The notes: a model not told the origin generated them from the letters alone. 64,000 bases of DNA from Lingula anatina (GCA_051362555.1 CM120644.1:2922954-2986953); one strand, 5' to 3'; shown: positions 13,601 to 26,525, counted from the stretch's first letter. A program made the numbers and translations.

Positions 13601-14769
13601 TTACTGTCATAGATGTTGTTTTTGTAGCACTGAGTCTCATATAATTTCTTTCTGTCCAGGACTTTACGGCATATCACCAACCCATAAGAAAAGAAATCAA
13701 CAGTAGTTTAAAAGCAATATAAAATATTAATGCAAATATTTTTTTCCAAATGCGTGTGTCACTGGCATGACTCAGAGTCAATTTCTTGTCTACCAGTAAA
13801 TCAAGAGTAAGAAAGAACAGAAAGTCTTGTAATTTCTACCTCGCGTAACAAGTACAGCAAACGCCAATACCATCGTCAAGCATAACACAACGGATGAAAT
13901 TATTTTCAGGCTTATTCTGTTCCAGTTTTAAAAACGAAATATTCTCAATAAACTTATCTCGATCCGCTCTCTGTGATTTATTGCAGACCACAAACTCATC
14001 ACATTAGCTGTACAAAGAGATCCACATCTAATTAGGCTGTAAACATTACAATGCCATTAAATTATCAACCTTAGTTTGGGGACCAATTCCTTTTATACAG
14101 ATTTTCCTGCGGTGTTACACCAGGTACGTTATCAATCACCTCAGCTGTCAATATCTATGTTGCCTAGATTTAAGGTTACTACAATATACCTTTGACTCAT
14201 AACTGAATGTCAAATGTACTGAGCTAAATGTATTAAGTTGATTATACACGCATTTCTAAAAAATTCCGAGAGAAAATTATCCAGTACGGTGATACGTTGA
14301 ATCATTTTGATAAAACTCCAATACTAATCATAAAATTCAACAATGTTTGAAAAGTTCAATGAATTTCTTTTATAAAGGCAGATAGGGCCAGATTATTCAA
14401 TTTTTATAATTTTTTAGAAATGAAGCATATAAAAATATAAATAGGATGTAGATAAAGAAGTTGGAGTTCCTTAGACTCTGAGCCTCCATACATGTGACTA
14501 GAATAACAAGAGGAATCTACATTTCATGATCACAGCAACAAAATTTCTCAAAAATGATGATGAGAAAAAAAGTGCATGAAATCATACCTTGCCACTGCTT
14601 AACTTTTCAGCCAATTTGTCTCATTATCAAAAAATTACTATAAAGGTAAAAAAGGGATAAAAAAGCATAATTCATCAAAGTTCAGCTCGTAATTCAATCA
14701 ATATGACTTACGATCATTTTATGACCATAAAATGAATATAAAGGTAAAAAAGGGATAAAAAAGCATAAT

Positions 14770-15225
14770 TCATTTTAGTTCAGCTCGCATTCTGTCTGGC
14801 ATTAATTCTTCCTTCCTCTCTTCATACAAGTTTTTAATGTCTTTTGTGGGTTTTGATTTCTTATTTTGCATCTCATTCCAAATATTTTCCAACTCCTCCA
14901 CAGTCTTAGCATTCTCCATGCGTCTTCCAATGAATTGCATCTCAATGTGTTTCTGCGGAATTAACTGACAGCGGTCACTACTGCACAAATCCTGCACTTG
15001 ACCTTTGTCCAACTTATCAAAAAATGTCACCCCAGCAACCCTCTCCAGGTCTTCCAAAGGGACCTGGAATTTCTGGAGCTTGTGTTCCGAGGAAATGGGG
15101 ACGTTGGGTACTATGAATGCTCCCAAGAATTGGGAATGTTGATCCGTTTCTGCGTTTTCTGTGAGGATGACTTTGAAGAGATGAGTGGGTACAGGTACCA
15201 TGCTGTCTCCAATTACCTGATGTAC

Positions 15226-15267
<42 letters not shown>

Positions 15268-18200
15268 TGTTAAAATTATTATACATCAGAGAAACCCCAA
15301 TGAGTACAAAGTTCCCAATTTTAGAACCACTCCAAATGGAGATGAACTTGACCAGTGAATCTCACCTGTGACAGTAAAGATTAGAAATTAAAGAGCCCCC
15401 AAAAAATTGGGTAAATAGAATCTAATTTTCTCAATTCTTTTGGGTTGGTATTATTTCCTATTTCTTTTTTCTTTTCTCTGCTGCATAATGGTATATCTCT
15501 CAATGGCTGGTTCAATCAGCTGCCAGAAAAAGTACTCAGTCATGGACATAGTCTAACAACCTCCTATAATAAATATGATCTATGGGTTCCTTCAGAACGA
15601 GCTGATCCACAGACTAACAAATGCATAGGGCAAATATGGCCCACCCACTTGAAACCTTGCTGCACAATTCCCTAACAGATACAGAATAAACTTGGTAAGC
15701 TTTTGAGTGGGACGTCCAAATTTGATCTGCAAATCTGTTAGTCAGTAGATCAAATTTGTTTGCGAATGCATCCTATCATGCATTTTATGCCTTTATATAA
15801 TACTAGATGATAACTAACCTCATATTTCACATATTTCTTCCCGTCCTCCTCTAGGTTGGGCAGTGCAAGGGGTCCACTGATGACCCTGACATCTGTGAAT
15901 TGTTTGGTCAGATCTCGACAGAACATCTCAAAGCGGTTCCAGAAACCGGCATTGTTTTCCATATCCTGGGGTACTATGTTAGTCAGGTAAAACGTGTCAT
16001 CCATGGCTTCCTGTAATGTAAGAAAATTACTTGATTCATGGTGTACATTATTATCTTATCAGAATTTCTCCTCTTTAGTTGCACATATTAATTTTAAATA
16101 ATAATAATTCAGAGAGTACTTGAAAGATGTAAAGCCTTTTGGTAAAAAGCGGAAAGTGGTTTCCTGTCATACTGAATATTTTTTGGGGTAAATACTCAGA
16201 AATTTGTAACACCTGATTCAACAGGTACATTTCCTTTTTAGAATATTTCACCTTTTAAGTACCTAAAATTCTACATTATAGTAGTGAGGTCAGACACAAT
16301 CCCCATGTTGTTCAGATATCATTTTCTCAGTAAATTCCTTGTGAATTCACGGTGTCAGTGTCAGGTCCTTTTCAGGGTCCCTTTTCTTGTCCTCATGTCA
16401 GAGTTACCAGAATTCAGGGGTGGATGGAAGACGATCAGAATTTTTCAAGTTTACTTATGAATATCTAATATTTCAGTTAAAAGGTGATCAAAATTGGACG
16501 AATGGATCAACAAAGATAATTTGGCAGACTGTCGGAAAATATATCTGGATCTGTCCCTGGAGTTTTCGGGTCAAATCCACACTTTTTACATATGATATTA
16601 TCATAGTGGTTCAAGAATACAAAGTCAGGAACAATGCCCATGGTGATATAATTAAGATATAATTTTCTGAACTCTTCCTTGTGAATTTACGGTAACAGTT
16701 TGTGTCCTTTTCAGGACCCCTATCCTTGTCCCCATGTAAGAGTTATCAGTGTTATAAGGTCAAACTCACCTGGTCATACTTATTGTCCCCTGCAGGTGCC
16801 ATGTGACCTCTGGACCACCCACTGCCCAAGTAGTCTCCATTCCCTGAGCTGAACATTGAAGGCACGGCAGGATCTGGGCGGAACTTGGACTTCCTTCTGT
16901 CAGCATTGCCTGAAAAAATAAATATACCAGTGATATGTATATGAATTACACTAAGTCTTGTGGTACAAAATAATAGTACTTCAAGAACCCAATTTCTCAA
17001 AATTTTCGCCAGTTAAAATCTTTTTAAACAGATTTCAGTGTACTTGTACATATGAAGGGTAGCCATTCTAAAATGCTCAATCTTTTTCCTTCCTTTTTTC
17101 AGTGTTTCCAGGAATATATAAAAAGATATATTTTATACCAAAACATAATAAATTATCTTAGACACAGCTGATGTTTGGAGAAAAATGAGAATATCCAAGA
17201 CGACTAAAACCTAATATCTGATTCCTTCAGACTCAGCAGGACTTTTAATGTTTATTTTAATCTGAATTCAATTATAATGTTAAAACAGAAATTGGCATAC
17301 TGGTAGGTTAAAAAAATTTTTTTTGAAACTAGTCACACATACAAAGCAATAAGGGACCATTCCCACACGCTATTGTACTAACTTTGGATCGATTTATCTC
17401 TAAGGGGATTCTCGCTAAATTGCCATCATCTTAAGAGGCTTAAATGCCTGTCGTGCCTACTGAAGGTGCTAGGGGGTAATTCATTTTTTGCAGCTTCAGT
17501 AGGCGTGCCAGACATCTAAGCCGCTTAAACTGAAAGCAATTTAGTGAGAAACCCCTTGGAGATGGATCAATCCTGTTAGATTGATCTAGGCATGGGAACC
17601 CAGTCTAAGTGTACAAACCATGGAGTTTTTCTTTGGTCAGGTGTTCAGCCACCCAGACTGGAGTCCTTTTACTCTGATCATAAGCCAGGATGTGATTTCT
17701 GTAATATCGCAGGGCAGGCCCTCTGTTCGGTACTCCATATTTCAAGATGTCTTCACCACTAGCGATGTCATTCTTGTGAAATTCTATGGTGCAGTAATAA
17801 AATTTCACCAATTTAAAAGAAATGATATCCAGTTACTATTAAAATGGCTAAAAAATGGAATTACAGTATTTGCATTGTAGATGGATATTTTGTTGTTTTT
17901 CAAGTCACTGCAGCATAAATGTTCAAAAAGCTAATAACTTGAGAGACTGGATTATGTTGGAGTGCAAATAACTCTTCAAAATAATAATATCTTATAAATC
18001 AAATTTCGGCAAAATAAATCATTTTTTTTCAAATGGGTTGAAAAGTGAGTCAAGTTCAAAGGTGCATTTCGGTCAGTAACTAAAAAGGAAGAGTGATATT
18101 CAGTAACTGAAGAGAGGAGCAACAGTGAAGACAAATTTTTGAAAATTTCCAAGTAATTACCTTACCTGCGTCATGATTAGATGATTGTTTTATCCCTGAG

Positions 18201-18283
18201 AGACTGCCCTCCACCAGCACAGTGTATATTGCATACACAGCAGCAGCAGAGAGGGCACCTGTTAGGAAACCTTGGGTGTACAT
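14770..18283 (-). CDS. EXOG: Mitochondrial exo/endonuclease EXOG (endonuclease G-like), ~353 aa; coding exons 18283-18166, 17783-17619, 16909-16770, 16010-15819, 15216-14770
   Basis: Phase-consistent GT-AG exons totalling 1062 nt. N-terminal hydrophobic segment, YDQSKRTPVWVAEHL, catalytic WSRGHMAPAGDNK (SRGH as in EXOG, not DRGH as in ENDOG), TFYLTNIVPQ..NNAGFWNRFE, VPTHLFKVIL, and a C-terminal extension. Confidence 0.92.
15226..15267. repeat. (AAT)n microsatellite just upstream of the last EXOG splice acceptor
   Basis: Directly visible. Confidence 0.95.
16415..16559. mobile_element. hAT-like MITE, degenerate copy (same family as 18817-18984)
   Basis: Ends CAGGGGTGGAT...ATCTGTCCCTG. The internal sequence (ggaagacg.tcaga.ttttcaagtttac...ggatcaacaaaga.aatttgg.agactgtc) matches the 18817 copy. 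Flanks are gaatt/gagtt. Confidence 0.65.
17354..17602. mobile_element. Palindromic MITE (same family as 36686-36904)
   Basis: Long imperfect inverted structure (cattccca...tgggaa ends; cgctaaattgc / gcaatttagtgaga). Shares blocks with the HSP60 intron copy. Confidence 0.6.
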
Positions 18284-18816
18284 TATGCAGGAATTTGTCT
18301 ATTTAGATTTTCAGATCTGAAAAAAAAAATCATTACAAACTAAACATGCTATGTTTTATATACTTCTGTAGTCTTTTATCATTACCAAAACTATCCATAT
18401 CATTGTAACAGTTATCATTATCATGTTGCAAACAAACCACAATTACTAGTAATTTGTGGATTTTCTCATAAAAACTTGACTTTCCTATTTCATTTATAAA
18501 TAAAGAAAGTTGATAAAAATTAAAAAAGATATAGGTACAATGGGGGTGGGGGTGGGGGAATAATTTACTGTAGTAAAAATCGCAGATCCTTATTTAGGCT
18601 CAATCAGATCACATGGCATGTAACCATGACATTATTTCTTAAATATTCATCTAACATCTTTTGCTAAAACACCCAACGTCCCAAAATTACAAATGATGGA
18701 CAAGTTCCCTTGACATATGAGACTTGCATGGTACTATCAGTAACTGCATGTATCTAAACAGATTTAAACATATGGGGAAATTCATTTCAAGTCTTCAATA
18801 AACACTGTACTTAAAT

Positions 18817-18984
18817 CAGGGGCGGATTTAGGCCGTCTTCTGGGTCTTCTGGAAGACGGTCAGATTTTCAAGTTTACATTGACAGGTATCTATTTTTTTC
18901 TGTCGGAAGACGGTCAAAAACGGAGGATGGATCAACAAAGACAATTTGGAAGACTGTCAGAAAATAGCTCTTGATCCGCCCCTG
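18817..18984. mobile_element. hAT-like MITE with 5-bp target-site duplication
   Basis: TIR CAGGGGCGGAT...ATCCGCCCCTG; TAAAT directly flanks both ends (18812-18816 and 18985-18989). Confidence 0.8.
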
Positions 18985-19758
18985 TAAATTACTGTGAGAA
19001 AATCATGCTTGTGTGTGCTCTACTCACAATCTATCTAAGTATTAAATCCCAAGGCATGTGTACTTAAACAAACACTCCTATTGGTGATACTCAGTTTATC
19101 CCGCCATACCTTTGATTCCCCTCAGCCATTTGTTTACGTAACCTAAATCTGTACAAAAGAGTAATCAAAACCACCAATTTATATGACCTACTAGACCAAA
19201 ATGGCCACAGCACCTGCTTACATGAGAGGTAGCTATAGTGCCTCATTACACATAATGGTATAAAGGAAATCTATTTCTGTGCATGTTCAACTTTGATGGT
19301 ACATGTGTATACAATCTTCGTTCAACCATTGCTTACAATAATACACAGGAGGATTTGCATGAAGTGCAGCATTGATTCAGGTCAATTTATGAACTAGTTT
19401 TGGACAAGTTAACAGGGAAAGCTGATCAATTTGACACATTTACCTGTGGATACACAAGACTTGGGTTCATTTCATCAGGCTGACACATATCTAATGTAAA
19501 GGTGGGGCATAGCCAAACAGCAAAAACGTGTTTTCTATAGAGATATTGATTGCATGGACATATATTGTATGTGCCTGTACAGTGCATGAATACCAGTCAT
19601 GAAACTGCATGCATTAATGAGACATCTGAAACGCTCACAACTTAGTAATATGTAATGATCCATGTACAAGACTGTAAACCTTGAGATGAATACTCAACTG
19701 ATAACTTAGCCCAAACTGAAAAAGAAACTTTTTAGATTACAAGATAAACTTTAAAGAA

Positions 19759-21699
19759 ATGGCAGCTGAAGCAGGACTAGTGACAGCCTTCAAGGACACT
19801 ATATTAACCTGTAGCATCTGCCTGGAGGAGTACGATGACCCCAGGGTGCTTCCCTGCTACCATACCTTCTGTTTTCTCTGCCTGAGTGACCACGCCCAGA
19901 GAACAGGAGGAGTGAAACGGTCATTTCTCTGTCCTTTGTGCAGGGAGGAATATAAATTTCCAGAAGAAGGCCTCGATAAGTTCAAGAAGAACTTTGTTCT
20001 GGGAAAAGCACTAGAACTGTTGAAATCTCAAGGTCAAGGCGAGCCTCAGAATGATACGGCACAGGTATCAGACACAAGCTCCTCTGACGTCGCACGTGCG
20101 GCACTTAAAGATGTGGCTGAACAAAGCCTCGTCACCTGTGAAAAGCATCCTCCAAATGAGCTGAAATATTACTGCGAAGATGACGACATGGTGGTCTGCG
20201 CAGACTGTAGTGCAACTGAACACTATAGACACGGCATCATTCCTCTCAGAGACAAAGCTGTGGCCAACAAGGAGCGGATTAAGCAAGTTCTCACTCGAGC
20301 CCTTCAGAAAATGAACCAGTGTGAGGAGGCAACTCAGTCAGCAGCAGCAAATACTTCTTATAGGGACGCTGACGCAGCCATCACTGCCATCAAGCACCAA
20401 ATGCAGCTTCTCTTCAACATCATTCGCCGACAAGGAGAAAAACTGATTACTGACGTTACCAAGGCTCATTCACAGAGGATGAAAAATAATGAAACGTTGC
20501 AGGACGTACTAGAACTCCACCACGTCACCTTGCAAAGCGCCTGCAATTTCGCTCAGCAACTCGTTTTGAGTGGGTCCAACTCTGACATTATGACACACAC
20601 AGAGTCACTTGTGGAGCGACTAGAAACACTAGAAAGGGTGCCACTTCCAAACCCATCCCAGGACAGCCCAGATCCACTCTATTTCATCCCTGGTAATATA
20701 TCAGGAGATGGCTTGGATGGCATGCTAGGAAGATTGTCCTTTCAGACTGATTACAGTTTGCCAACAGATTCTGCTGCTGCTGTTTTACCACCAGGTGACA
20801 GTACCATCAGTGAGTCAAGAGAAGCCACACCAACAGTTGAGGCTCCTTTGGACTTCTTAGAGCCTGCAAAATTTGTCCATTCCCTCAGTGTCAAATTCAA
20901 GGATGACCGCAGTGATGTCAAAGTGACCGGAATGGCCCTCGACAATGAGCACATGTACTTCTTGGATGCAGGCAACAACAAAATCAAGCTGTACACACAT
21001 TTTTGGGAGTTTGAATACGTCATCAACCTCAATGAAGAACCAGAGGATCTGGTCGTGTCAGAAAACGGGGACATGTATGTGACGTCACTGGCAGAGAAAT
21101 GCATCAGTGTTTACACACCACGAGGGTTCCCAAAAATGCCCCCCTTTGGTCATGACAGGCTAGAAGCACCCTACGGTATCACCATGAACAGGGAAGGAGA
21201 GCTTATGGTATGTGATGCCATAAAGAAGGCCATCTTCATCTTCGATCCCGACGATGGAGACCTTCTCAATGTCATCAAAATTGGAATGTGTAAAGAACCA
21301 CGTTCCATTGCATTTGGCCGACAGTACAGCACCATAGTGGTTTGTGATTATGGCAGTTATCGTATCCATATCCTCTCTTCAGTGGGCCACACGCTGTACA
21401 CCTATGGCACTTACGGATGTGGCGACGGCCAGTTGTATGAACCGCGCGGTGTCTGCACCGATAAATATGGCTACACCTTTGTGGCTGACTGGGCCAACAA
21501 CAGAGTTGCGATGATAACTCCCAGAGGTGACCATGCCCGATACATTGCAACAGAGGATGATGGGATAACCAAGCCATACGCCTTGGGAATGACCAAAAGC
21601 GGGGAAATAATGATTGGAGAAGGTGGATATAGAATAAGAGGTTTTCGCTATTTGAAGAAGACAGGAAAAAGGGTTTCATCAGCCAAATCCCAGAGGTGA
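19759..21699 (+). CDS. Intronless tripartite-motif protein (RING, B-box 2, coiled coil, NHL repeats; TRIM2/3/71-like), 646 aa
   Basis: RING CSIC...LPCYHTFCFLC...CPLC; B-box CEKH...YYCEDDDMVVCADC...EHYRH; coiled coil; NHL-type repeats such as YGTYGCGDGQLYEPRGVCTDKYGYTFVADWANNRV. The ORF is uninterrupted. Confidence 0.92.
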   Translation: MAAEAGLVTAFKDTILTCSICLEEYDDPRVLPCYHTFCFLCLSDHAQRTGGVKRSFLCPLCREEYKFPEEGLDKFKKNFVLGKALELLKSQGQGEPQNDTAQVSDTSSSDVARAALKDVAEQSLVTCEKHPPNELKYYCEDDDMVVCADCSATEHYRHGIIPLRDKAVANKERIKQVLTRALQKMNQCEEATQSAAANTSYRDADAAITAIKHQMQLLFNIIRRQGEKLITDVTKAHSQRMKNNETLQDVLELHHVTLQSACNFAQQLVLSGSNSDIMTHTESLVERLETLERVPLPNPSQDSPDPLYFIPGNISGDGLDGMLGRLSFQTDYSLPTDSAAAVLPPGDSTISESREATPTVEAPLDFLEPAKFVHSLSVKFKDDRSDVKVTGMALDNEHMYFLDAGNNKIKLYTHFWEFEYVINLNEEPEDLVVSENGDMYVTSLAEKCISVYTPRGFPKMPPFGHDRLEAPYGITMNREGELMVCDAIKKAIFIFDPDDGDLLNVIKIGMCKEPRSIAFGRQYSTIVVCDYGSYRIHILSSVGHTLYTYGTYGCGDGQLYEPRGVCTDKYGYTFVADWANNRVAMITPRGDHARYIATEDDGITKPYALGMTKSGEIMIGEGGYRIRGFRYLKKTGKRVSSAKSQR

Positions 21700-23270
21700 T
21701 GGAAGTGCATAAAGTACCCTGGATATGACTGAAAACAAAATCGAACAAATCAAAACTTGAACAATGTCTTATGATGAAATTCTATGAAGTTTCTTTGATG
21801 TGCTCCTGGACCAGCTTGTACTAATATAACTTCACTTACAAAGAAATTGAATTTTATTTTGCTATGTAATTAAGTTCTTAGCCAGGGAACCTGACTTAAG
21901 ACTCTTAGAAGTTTGAACAGTACTGTTGAATAATTTTTATTACCTGTAGGTTTTTCTTCATACCGATTACAACATTTAATTGCAATTTCCTTGTCTTCTT
22001 GATCATCTTGCTGGAGTAACCAAGAAATTTAGGGCATAAACTGCTTTTGCACATACTAGTAAGTACTATAATGATACCTCTCTCATGAGATCAAAGCTTT
22101 CTTCTTGTTTTAATTGATAAATTCAAATTAATTTGTCCCTCTTTCATTTTCATCACAAGTGAATAAACATAGTAACAGTTATAGCTGAAACTTGTCTATT
22201 TTGAATACAGGCAATACGTGCATGCATGCATGCATGCACACACACTGTATTTTGAATTTTTAATAGAATTTTCTTTTCAAAATCTCATAAGTTAAACTGA
22301 TACTAAAGGTGCTAATAACATATTACATGGTCAGTAACTGTTGTACTGAGGGTATCTGTGTGAACCCTTGAATATTGACTGCAACTGAAGAAGAGTACAG
22401 CCACATTAGTAACTGCATTGATATTCCTAAGAAAAGGATGATGTGTAATCTACCATACAATATCAAAAAATTACTAAATGAAAAGAAGGCATTTCTTATA
22501 TGCATCTCAAGAATATTAATCTTATCATTCATAATGCATCATAAATATTACCTTCTCTTGCTTTTAGTTAATAAAAATTGATTCCTGAAGCAATTCAAGT
22601 TCACTCAATCAAGCAAATTCACCTCACAGCTTCTATGGGATATCTTAAAGTACAATTACAGTAGAATTTAGATTTATCTTGCCAAGGGGAGAGTAAATGG
22701 TATGGAACTAGCAGAAATATTAAAACCTAAGATCCTAAAGCCAATCCAATCTTTAATAAAAAAAAAAGTATCAAGATCAATAACTCAGATTCTTTGTAAA
22801 TTATCATTTCAATATTATCAAAGTACTTTAAAACGTTATTTATATTTTGAGGTTGTAATTAAAAGTCATGTTCATAAACAAGCATGAACATGCTGATACA
22901 GTACTTGTATTCCTAGGACCCAGGAAACAAAAAGAAATGTTAAACAACAAAACAATGAAGCACTTCAGAAATTGAGAAGGCAGTGAAGAGTCTTAAAATA
23001 ATGACCTAACTCTTGGACATTGCTTAAATCAATGAACACATGAAAAAGTCCATAAAAGTGATGCTACCTTTGATATCAAAATGAACAGTTTGATATATAC
23101 TGGAGAACTTTCTGAATAATGGTGAAATACTGTATCTGACATTCATCGGTGGAAAATTGATTACCAGATTAGATATATATCAATTACCATAAGCGCCTGG
23201 TATGCATGTACAACCAAGGCTATGTCCAAAAGATTATTAATAACATAAAACGGATGTAAAGCAGAATTAC

Positions 23271-23700
23271 CTGTAGTACACTCATACAATGATCTGTATT
23301 TACTGATATGTCCTTAAAAATAGGCAAGAATAACGAACCATTAATAATTTATAAACTGAAAATTTCTTATTTCAATATGGCAACGTGGCGTCAAGTTTCA
23401 TTGTAATTCCCCAGTTTCGAAGTGTAACTTCCTAATAGCAACACGTCACTAATAAAAATGGAATTAGGACTAAGACCTAACCTAAGGACCAGTCACATGC
23501 AAAATGGTGCAGTTGTATGAGCGTTTAACAACTTGCACGTGTACCTTTTTAGGACGTTATGGCATCACGTGGCACCAAATAATTAATATCCTCCCAGAAG
23601 TTCGTTTTTATTTTGCTTCCAGTTCTTACAAGCAATAAGAAATGTCTTCAATACCTTTCACTTCCTGGTCTTGTTTCCATCTTTTGTAAAAGGAGGCAGG
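23271..23700 (-). other. Candidate upstream (5'UTR) exons of EXOG: ~23700-23655 and 23355-23271
   Basis: On the minus strand: donor gaaag|gtattg at 23655, acceptor aaattttcag| at 23355, donor tacag|gtaatt at 23271. The EXOG ATG exon starts at a clear acceptor (tttttttttcag|, 18316), so at least one upstream exon is required. An ETS-like CACTTCCTGG lies at ~23659. Confidence 0.45.
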
Positions 23701-23729
23701 AAAAAGTTTTTCATAAATCTGGTAGAACT

Positions 23730-24943
23730 GAATCACTTAATTTTGTCATAAATGATAGACCAATTGAAATAGTAAAACAATATCAATACTTAGGGGTAAT
23801 ATTTACTAACACGGGATCACTAAAGAAAACTTTGGAAAATCTAAAACAAAAAGCCCTCAAAGCAATCTTTGCCTTAAAAGGAGCACTAGCATCAAATGAA
23901 ATCTCCTCTCCACTCCTTACAATGTCACTCTTTGACAAAATGATAAAGCCCATACTACTTTATGGGTGCGAAGTCTGGGGACAAGAAATATTATCACAAA
24001 AAAAGATGACTTTGGAAAAACTAAATAAAATGCCTTTCGAGCAAGTACACTTGAAATTTTGCAAGTGGGCATTAGGTGTAAGGAAATCTGCCAGCAATAA
24101 TGCTTGCCGAGCAGAAATGGGTCGCTTCCCAATATATTTGGACATAGTAAAATTAGTCTCAAAATACAGTGCTAGACTCCAAGAACTCCCAGATAACAGA
24201 ATTGTTAAACAAGCATATAACAGGGAAAAAATAGAAAATGGAAGTAACTGGTATCAGACAATGTCAAATATTAAATTATGTTGGGAACTTAATACAAACA
24301 GACATAATTGCGAAATCCACAACTACCCAGATCTTGAAATAGAAATAACCAATGAAATAAAACGAAAATTTTGGGAAGAAATCCATAGAAATACCAACAA
24401 CAAACTCCGCACCTACAGCAAAATTAAGAAATCCTATGAAGCTGAGCCATATTTGGAATTAAAAGTCCCTTTTACACATAAAAAAATTCTAGCCAAAATG
24501 AGGGTCAGTGACCACGAGTTAGAGATTGAAAGAGGCAGATATACCCACCCCAAAACAAAAATTGAGGACAGAAAGTGTCCTCACTGTAATGCAGTGGAAG
24601 ATGAAGCTCACTTTTTTCTTGAGTGTACTACTTATAATCTAGACAGAGAAACATTATTTGCTGCCTTACCAGAGGTAAATGTGCAGGGTCTAGCAGACGA
24701 TACACTATCCGCCCTATTAAATGTGTCAAATGAGAGAGGTGTGTCCGCACTTGTAAAGTTTATAAACAGTGCTATGAGAAAACGGAAGCTATCCAAATTG
24801 AGATAACACCTGGTATTATACTTTAACTTTATTATTACTATATACATGTATTTAAACTTAAGTATATTATAATTAGTAGTGTAGAGAGCCTATAAATGTA
24901 CACTCATTTCATGTGCTCAATAAATTATTATTATTATTATTAT
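23730..24943 (+). mobile_element. 5'-truncated non-LTR retrotransposon (RTE-X/CR1-type ORF2 C-terminus) with an intact frame and (TTA)n tail
   Basis: IEIVKQYQYLGV, LFDKMIKPILLYGCEVWG, KFCKWALGV..ASNNACRAEMGRFP, KLRTYSKIK...EPYL, RVSDHELEIERGRY and CPHC...EDEAHFFLEC; AATAAA followed by TTA repeats at 24919-24942. No endonuclease or RT core is present. Confidence 0.88.
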
Positions 24944-26525
24944 AAAAGAAGTGTTCAAAACAAACTTCCAGAGGTCAGAGGTCGCTCACTTTCATATTTG
25001 ACCACAATACATTTGCTCTCCAAGGCCTGTCAACAACAAGAAAGTTGTGCAAAAACAAAAGTTGAATTATGATTTTTATTTTTCTTAAAAAAAAAAAAAA
25101 GAAGAAGAAACAGAACGATATTCATTTAAGCACTTACTAATGTTGGAATGAATTAGAAAACAAAAATATTTTCTAGAAAGAATTTCCCACAATAATTTGC
25201 AGAGTAGTTTAAATCATGCTTACTAAATAACAGCTGCTATCCACTAACAAAGCATTCTTATTCCATTATATTGTACGTGTAAGATAAAATAATAATCTTC
25301 TCTACAAGTGTGCAAATTATCCAGCATATGCCATATCCATTCTCATCACTCAGGGTATTTTCATGTCAAAGAGAAAATATCTTAATAAAAAAATCTGCAT
25401 TACATGATCTTCAAATGCAAGAAAAAACCTTAACAAACATAGCATCAATACAGGCAGTGAAACATTGGCAGTTTTTACTATAGTAAAGGCAAAAGAGCAG
25501 ACTTTACTTTGTACAAAAGCTGTGAAAGCAGCAAGATACTCCTATCTTCCTACCACAGATGAAAACTTAATAGAGGAGACACACTGGCTCAAAATCTTCA
25601 TACATTTTAGGCACCCAATATAACTGTTTCTGTTACAGTACCACAAGCATGATGAAATGTATACCGTCCTTAATGAATACAGGGTACAGATAACAGAACC
25701 TGGCTATACATAGTTTTTTGAAAAAACTTGGAAGAATTCTGCACATACAGTACATGCTAATGCAGACTATTTAATTGAACACAATTTCTACCTTCATACC
25801 TATTTCCTCAGTTTATTTCTTAAAGATATATCAATGTCAGTTAGTTGTGATTATATATTGTTATATATTTTTCTCAGAGGAACAGAAATCTAAATCCAAT
25901 ATTCTGAATTGCCTTTTACGGTTTTGTAAACAAAACTTTGTTTCATGAAAATGTTTTAATTTTAAGAACATATTAATAGACACCAAACTAACACTGTCAA
26001 GGAAATCTCCCTTTGTTGTCATTTTATACCAGTGGTTGACTCAACAATGTGCTACAAATGGGAAAGTCTGCCTTCCTGATCTCTAAGGACATAGTCTACA
26101 GTTACAGTCTACCTGGTTCTTAAAACTACATAAGTTTTGAGCAAGCAAGTTTTCTCTGTTGAATACTTGTGCAATGTTCTTGAAGATAGCATTTGATCTG
26201 ATTAAAACATGAATAAATCCCTCCATTACTCAGCTAGTCTTATGCTCAGATGATCATAGTAGTTTGCAGAATGATCCAATGATGAGAAATGGGTAAGAAA
26301 AATTTGCAGCATTAACAGCTTGGCCTCTCCTTTCTCCAAGGTCCATCAATTCTCAACCATAGAGGTCTCTTCCCTCAAGACAGTACACAAAAGACACATC
26401 TGACAGCTGGCTGAAAAGTCTCCTCAATCAGATACTTCATTTTGTGACCCTCTAGCAAAGTATTAAAAGAGCCTCTTTAGTTGTTCAATGCTTTTTTTTT
26501 AATAAAAGGAATCAGTCTTTGTTTT

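Noticed and set aside
23613-24806. 397-aa ORF as a host gene or complete reverse transcriptase system
   Set aside because: It is the C-terminal part of a LINE ORF2 lacking the RT catalytic core; the N-terminal ~40 codons are chance read-through with no ATG start.
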